DNA from: a virus
Lineage: Duplodnaviria > Heunggongvirae > Uroviricota > Caudoviricetes
DNA length: 34,871 bases
Direction: 5' to 3' (one strand)
Virus record (IMG/VR): IMGVR_UViG_2541047758_000018
In this document: positions 30,337-34,871 of the stretch, in pieces
Numbering within the stretch: position 1 is the first letter of the stretch
Layout of the letters: every line of letters begins with the position of its first letter
Notes under the pieces: model-generated
The model's database searches: none
What the model was told of the DNA's origin: nothing
What the model saw: only the letters and a program-made list of their open reading frames with translations
Made by a program: the position numbers and the translations under genes

Positions 30337-30957
30337 TCATGCCAGTGGACTCATTACCCTCTGCCTAAGTAGTTCAAATCCGGCTCGACCATACATCAGA
30401 CGTTTCAGCATCTTCAGGCGATTTACATGACCTTCGACAACACCGTTACTCCAGCGGCTGCTGGTTGCCTCACATATAGCCGCGGCATCAGCTTCCATCC
30501 CCGCAGCCACGCGCCGAAGTTCTGCTGAACCGTTTTCGTGGACTCGAGTGAACCAACTGCTTAGATTTGATTTATTTGGGGTTTTCAGAATACGGTAGAA
30601 CTCAAGTACTAGTTGCTGCGCTATTTTCAGCGCCGGTTCTTTTTCACACATCAGACTAATAAATCGGGAAGCATAATTTTCTTCACCCCTGATTATTATC
30701 CAGGGCATCAACCAGCGGCTTACCCGGGACACTGAAGGAAGTCTGGCGGCAGTAGTAACTGGTGGGTTCCAGCCTTTACGCCATTTGGCAACAGCATCCC
30801 TGACGATGGTTTCACTGCCTGTAACCCCCGGCCACCATTTCCCGCCATATCCAGTCGCTGGTGTGCTGAATTGGTCATGTATGAAGGAAGATATCAATGG
30901 TGGTATCTCCCTTTCAAAAGGAAGTGAAAAGCTTGATGCCTGCTGCCAGGCAATCAA
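30337..30957 (-). pseudogene. ISL3-family transposase C-terminal fragment (remnant); ISL3-like part roughly 30337-30730
   Basis: The C-terminus WSNGVVEGHVNRLKMLKRLMYGRAGFELLRQRV matches the conserved ISL3 transposase end (WSNGxxEGxxNRLKxLKRxMYGRAxFELLRxRV). The N-terminal three quarters of the transposase are absent. Confidence 0.65.
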
Positions 30958-31454
30958 TATTACGTGCTTTTAACGACTATCCTAAATGGTGGTAGCTATG
31001 CAGAGCTCCCGGTCCTAGCGCTGGGAGCTTATCGCTTATCTTTACCGTAAGCGTAAACGGACCGCCGTATGTAGCCATTAAACCAGTATTGGTAACGTAG
31101 ATACCCACCTTTTCAAAAGGGAAGTGGATAAAAGATAGCGAAAATGCGAAGAGTTGATTAATGCATTGAAACAAAATTCATTAATGATGAACTTGGAGAA
31201 AAGCTCCATCGTTTTATTGGCTCAAAAAACATATCCCATAGATGATCAGCCATACCTTCATTGGTTAGCAAGGTATCCTGTGAGTAGCCATGGCTGAAGA
31301 TGCCCATTGATGGGCGAAAACCAAGGATCTGACCGTTAGAGCAGTTATGTCGTTAAACACATCACCACCATATGCCATCCGGCTCACTTCGTCGGCCAAA
31401 TTAGTGTGATATTCTTTCCAGAAATGCTGTTGTATCCACGACATAAGGCGATGA

Positions 31455-34400
31455 TTGATGGAGCAGTCTCTCAATTTTGAAATGTTGCGCAGCCAGTGGC
31501 CGGAACTGGCTGAACTCGCGTGTATGGCGGAACGCTATGTTCACTCCGATCCGGAAAGTTGTCTGGTCAAGCTGCGCAACTACACTGAATTGATGGTGCG
31601 CTGGTTGTATCGTCAGGAGCGGTTGCCGGAAGGTATTAAGGCTAATCTTTACGATTTAATGAATGCTGATGTCTTTACCAGCATGATGCCGGAAGCCATC
31701 ATCATGAAAATGGATGCGCTGCGTATCCATGGCAACCGTGCCGCGCACGGCGGACGTATCAAAGCTAAAGATACTTACTGGCTGCTCAAAGAAGCGTATT
31801 TGTTGGGAATTTGGCTGTATGTTCGCTACGCCCACGGTAATGTTGATGACTGCCCCAAATTTACACTCCCTCCATTAACACAATCTTCAGGTCGTGCAGA
31901 TGAAAAACGTCTGGAAGATGCAATCAGGGCTCAGGATGAAAGCCGTGAGCGCGAACTGGCGCTGCAACGCGCACTACAGCAAGAACAGGAAAAGGCCGAA
32001 CACCTCACTCAACGCCTGAATGAAGCCAGAGCGCGTAACCAGCATGTTGCCGATATTCTCTCTATTGATGAAGCGGAAACCCGCCGTCGCCTGATTGACT
32101 CTCGCCTGCTTGCTGCTGACTGGAATGTAGGCGAAGGCCTTAAAAATACCGATCAGGTTACGCAGGAACATCCCGTTAAAGAACAACCTACCGCGACCGG
32201 AGACGGTTATGCGGACTATGTCTTGTGGGATGAGGCACACAAACCGCTGGCGGTGGTGGAAGCAAAAAAAACCAGCGTCAATGCCGAGCAAGGACGAATT
32301 CAGGCCCGGCTGTATGCAGACTGGCTGGAAAAAGAATACGGCCAGCGTCCGATCATCTTCTACACCAACGGCTATGATATCTGGCTGTGGGATGACCATA
32401 AAACTCATGGTTATCCCCCGCGTCGGGTGTTTGGCTTCTACAGCAAGGAAAGCCTGCAATATCTTATTCAACAGCGTGAAACCCGTCTTCCGCTGAACAG
32501 TGTGCCGCACGTAAAAGATAACGAAGGTAAGGCCGTTGCCGGACGTTTGTACCAGCTTGAAACCATTGCCCGTGTCAGCGAGCGGTTTACCAACAAATAC
32601 CGGCAATCGCTAATTGTTCAGGCTACGGGTACAGGCAAAACCCGCGTGGCAATAGCGCTAAGCAAACTGATGATTGATGCCCGCTGGGTAAAACGCGTCC
32701 TGTTTCTTTGCGACCGCAAGGAACTACGTAAACAGGCGGCGAATGCCTTTAATCAATTCACCAATGAGCCGCTGTATGTGGTCGGGAAATCGAAAAAAGC
32801 AGACAGGCAGAATGCTAGGATCTACATCGCCACCTATCCTGGTATGATGAAAATCATGGACCATTTCGATGTTGGTTATTTCGATTTGATCATCGCCGAT
32901 GAATCCCATCGCTCTATCTACAACGTTTACGGCGATCTGTTTAAGTATTTTGATGCCCTCCAGATTGGCCTGACGGCCACGCCGATTGACATGGTGAGTA
33001 AAACCACTTTCGGCCTGTTTGGTTGTGAAGGACGTATTCCTACCGCCAACTACAGCCTGGAAGATGCCATCGCCGATAACAATCTGGTTCCCTATGAGGT
33101 TGTCACGCACACCACAGAATTCCTGCGCGAAGGCATCAAACGGGAGAAATTAAGCGACGCACAAATCCGCGAGCTGGAAGAACAAGGCATAGATCCCAAT
33201 ACGCTGGAGTTTGATGGCAAGGCGCTGGATGAGGCGATCTACAACAAAGACACCAACCGCTATATCCTGCGTAACCTGATGGAAAATGGCCTGAAAGATC
33301 GGGACGGCCAGTTGCCAGGTAAAACCATCATTTTCGCCCGTAACCACAAACACGCGCTGCTGTTGAATGAATTATTCGACGATATGTACCCGCAGTTTGC
33401 CGGGCGCTTCTGCCAGGTCATCGACAATTACGATCCCCGCGCCGAGCAACTGATTGATGATTTTAAAGGGCTGGATGAAAGCACCAACAAAGAGCTGACC
33501 ATCGCTATCTCCGTTGACATGCTCGATACCGGTATTGATGTCCCGGAAATTGTGAATCTGGTCTTTGCCAAACCGGTCAAATCAAAAGTGAAGTTCTGGC
33601 AGATGATTGGCCGTGGTACGCGCCTCTGTCCGGGGTTGTACGGTTACGACGATAACGGCAAACCTCTGGATAAACAGAAATTCCGCATTTTCGATCACTG
33701 GGGCAATTTTGAGTATCACGAACTGCATACCGAAGAGGCCGAAGTCACAGCGACAAAATCGCTTGCACAAAAACGCTTCGAAGCGTGGGTTATGCTGGGG
33801 GCCGCTGCGCAACGTAAATTCGACAAACAGGCGGTGGATTTAGTTGCTCACCAGCTACGCGAGCAAATCAATGCACTGGATGAAAAGTCGATTGCCGTCC
33901 AGGAAAAGTGGCATCAAAAAGCGCAGTACAGCGATGAAAAAGTGCTGCGCCAGCTTTCCCCGAAAACACAGCAGGATTTGCTATCTGTCCTGGCCCCGCT
34001 GATGCAGTGGCTGGACGTGCGCGGGCAAAGCGACGCTATGCGCTTTGATATGGATATTCTGGCGGCGCAAACTGCCCGTTATACCAACCCGGAAGAGCTG
34101 GATGTGCTCTGGCCGGTCATCGTCGAAAAAGTGGAGCGCCTGCCGCCGCATTTGGCGCAAGTCCAACAGCAAGGACCGCGGATCAATCAGCTTCGTGATT
34201 TAGGCTGGTGGAAGCAGGCCAGCCTGGAAGAGCTGGAAGATATCCGCATTCATCTGCGCGGCATCATGCACCTGATGGAAAAAGACGCGACGCCGAAATT
34301 TGGTTCGATACAGGTGGATATTACCGAAGATGCGAACCTGATTCAGACGGAAAACCGTAAAACCAACATCCGCTCGATTGACTTCAAACTCTATCGCCAG

Positions 34401-34871
34401 CAGGTGCAGGGAGCGCTGGAGCCGCTGTTCCAGCAAAATCCGGTGCTGAAGAAAATCCGCAACGGCGAGCCTGTGACGCAAAGCGAGCTGGATGAACTGG
34501 CTAAACTGGTGCTGATCCAGAACCCTAACGTTGATATCCGGGCACTGAAAGAGTTCTACCCGCAGGCGACCGCCAGCCTGGATAAACTATTGCGTACCAT
34601 CATCGGGATGGACAGCGACGCGGTGGAAGTGCGCTTTGCTCAGTTCGCCGCTGATAACAGCCTGACCAGCCAGCAATTGCGCTTCCTGTCATTGCTGAAA
34701 AACCACATTCGCGATTACGGCACCATTGAAATGCGGCAGCTCTTTGAACAGCCTTTTACGCATATCCACAACGAAGGCGTTACCGGTGTGTTCCCTGATA
34801 TAGAACAGATCGCCCGCCTACAAAAGATAGTCGAAGAGCTGGGTGTTGTGACCGACGCAGCAACGGTATAA
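31455..34871 (+). CDS. hsdR: type I restriction enzyme R subunit (HsdR), 1138 aa, ends at window edge
   Basis: The N-terminal nuclease domain reads GYADYVLWDEAHKPLAVVEAKKTSV (cf. EcoKI ADYVLFVGLKPIAVVEAKR). SF2 helicase motifs IVQATGTGKTRVAIAL, LIIADESHRS and GLTATP are present. An EcoKI-like DUF4145 N-terminus is present. The true start is the TTG at 31455 or the ATG 3 nt later. Confidence 0.9.
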   Translation: MMEQSLNFEMLRSQWPELAELACMAERYVHSDPESCLVKLRNYTELMVRWLYRQERLPEGIKANLYDLMNADVFTSMMPEAIIMKMDALRIHGNRAAHGGRIKAKDTYWLLKEAYLLGIWLYVRYAHGNVDDCPKFTLPPLTQSSGRADEKRLEDAIRAQDESRERELALQRALQQEQEKAEHLTQRLNEARARNQHVADILSIDEAETRRRLIDSRLLAADWNVGEGLKNTDQVTQEHPVKEQPTATGDGYADYVLWDEAHKPLAVVEAKKTSVNAEQGRIQARLYADWLEKEYGQRPIIFYTNGYDIWLWDDHKTHGYPPRRVFGFYSKESLQYLIQQRETRLPLNSVPHVKDNEGKAVAGRLYQLETIARVSERFTNKYRQSLIVQATGTGKTRVAIALSKLMIDARWVKRVLFLCDRKELRKQAANAFNQFTNEPLYVVGKSKKADRQNARIYIATYPGMMKIMDHFDVGYFDLIIADESHRSIYNVYGDLFKYFDALQIGLTATPIDMVSKTTFGLFGCEGRIPTANYSLEDAIADNNLVPYEVVTHTTEFLREGIKREKLSDAQIRELEEQGIDPNTLEFDGKALDEAIYNKDTNRYILRNLMENGLKDRDGQLPGKTIIFARNHKHALLLNELFDDMYPQFAGRFCQVIDNYDPRAEQLIDDFKGLDESTNKELTIAISVDMLDTGIDVPEIVNLVFAKPVKSKVKFWQMIGRGTRLCPGLYGYDDNGKPLDKQKFRIFDHWGNFEYHELHTEEAEVTATKSLAQKRFEAWVMLGAAAQRKFDKQAVDLVAHQLREQINALDEKSIAVQEKWHQKAQYSDEKVLRQLSPKTQQDLLSVLAPLMQWLDVRGQSDAMRFDMDILAAQTARYTNPEELDVLWPVIVEKVERLPPHLAQVQQQGPRINQLRDLGWWKQASLEELEDIRIHLRGIMHLMEKDATPKFGSIQVDITEDANLIQTENRKTNIRSIDFKLYRQQVQGALEPLFQQNPVLKKIRNGEPVTQSELDELAKLVLIQNPNVDIRALKEFYPQATASLDKLLRTIIGMDSDAVEVRFAQFAADNSLTSQQLRFLSLLKNHIRDYGTIEMRQLFEQPFTHIHNEGVTGVFPDIEQIARLQKIVEELGVVTDAATV

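Overview
This window is a mosaic mobile-genetic-island region of an enterobacterial (E. coli-like) chromosome, broken into modules by insertion sequences.

(1) Positions 1-10.4 kb hold a P4-like/PICI-type phage-satellite backbone. It carries a P4-family tyrosine integrase, an AT-rich orphan cargo gene, an AlpA regulator, an AntA/KilAC antirepressor and a string of small early genes. These are followed by a Zn-ribbon/Toprim/DUF927-type primase-helicase and an iteron origin immediately downstream of it.

(2) Positions 10.4-15.4 kb hold a prophage remnant that encodes ejection/internal-virion-like proteins: a Gly-rich 225 aa protein, a Gln-rich 439 aa protein and a large protein with an N-terminal SLT lytic transglycosylase domain. 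The last gene is cut off by a complete IS911 (about 15415-16664).

(3) Positions 16.7-21.2 kb hold a CP4-57/CP4-6-like module. It has a 1.37 kb ORF-free AT-rich repeat region, three paralogous YfjJ/YagK (inovirus Gp2-like, HUH-motif) genes, a second AlpA-family gene and a ProQ/FinO-like RNA chaperone.

(4) Positions 21.8-30.1 kb hold AT-rich accessory cargo. It contains an H-NS paralog, a dGTPase-family HD hydrolase followed by a small membrane protein, and a complete IS3 (about 24949-26206). Next comes a thymidylate-synthase-family enzyme whose active site looks dCMP-type, translationally coupled to an unknown 314 aa partner. A convergent HigB-like toxin with an HTH-XRE::ImmA/IrrE-fused HigA-like gene follows, then a divergent small MazG-like NTP pyrophosphatase.

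(5) An ISL3 transposase fragment sits at about 30.3-30.9 kb. It is followed by a type I restriction R-subunit gene (hsdR) that runs to the end of the window.

The most interesting candidate for an undescribed system is the cluster of nucleotide-pool-related cargo: the dGTPase, the TS-like enzyme with its partner, and the MazG-like gene. The orphan gene in the int-alpA hotspot is a second candidate. Coordinates of non-ORF features are approximate (plus or minus a few bp). No database searches were run.
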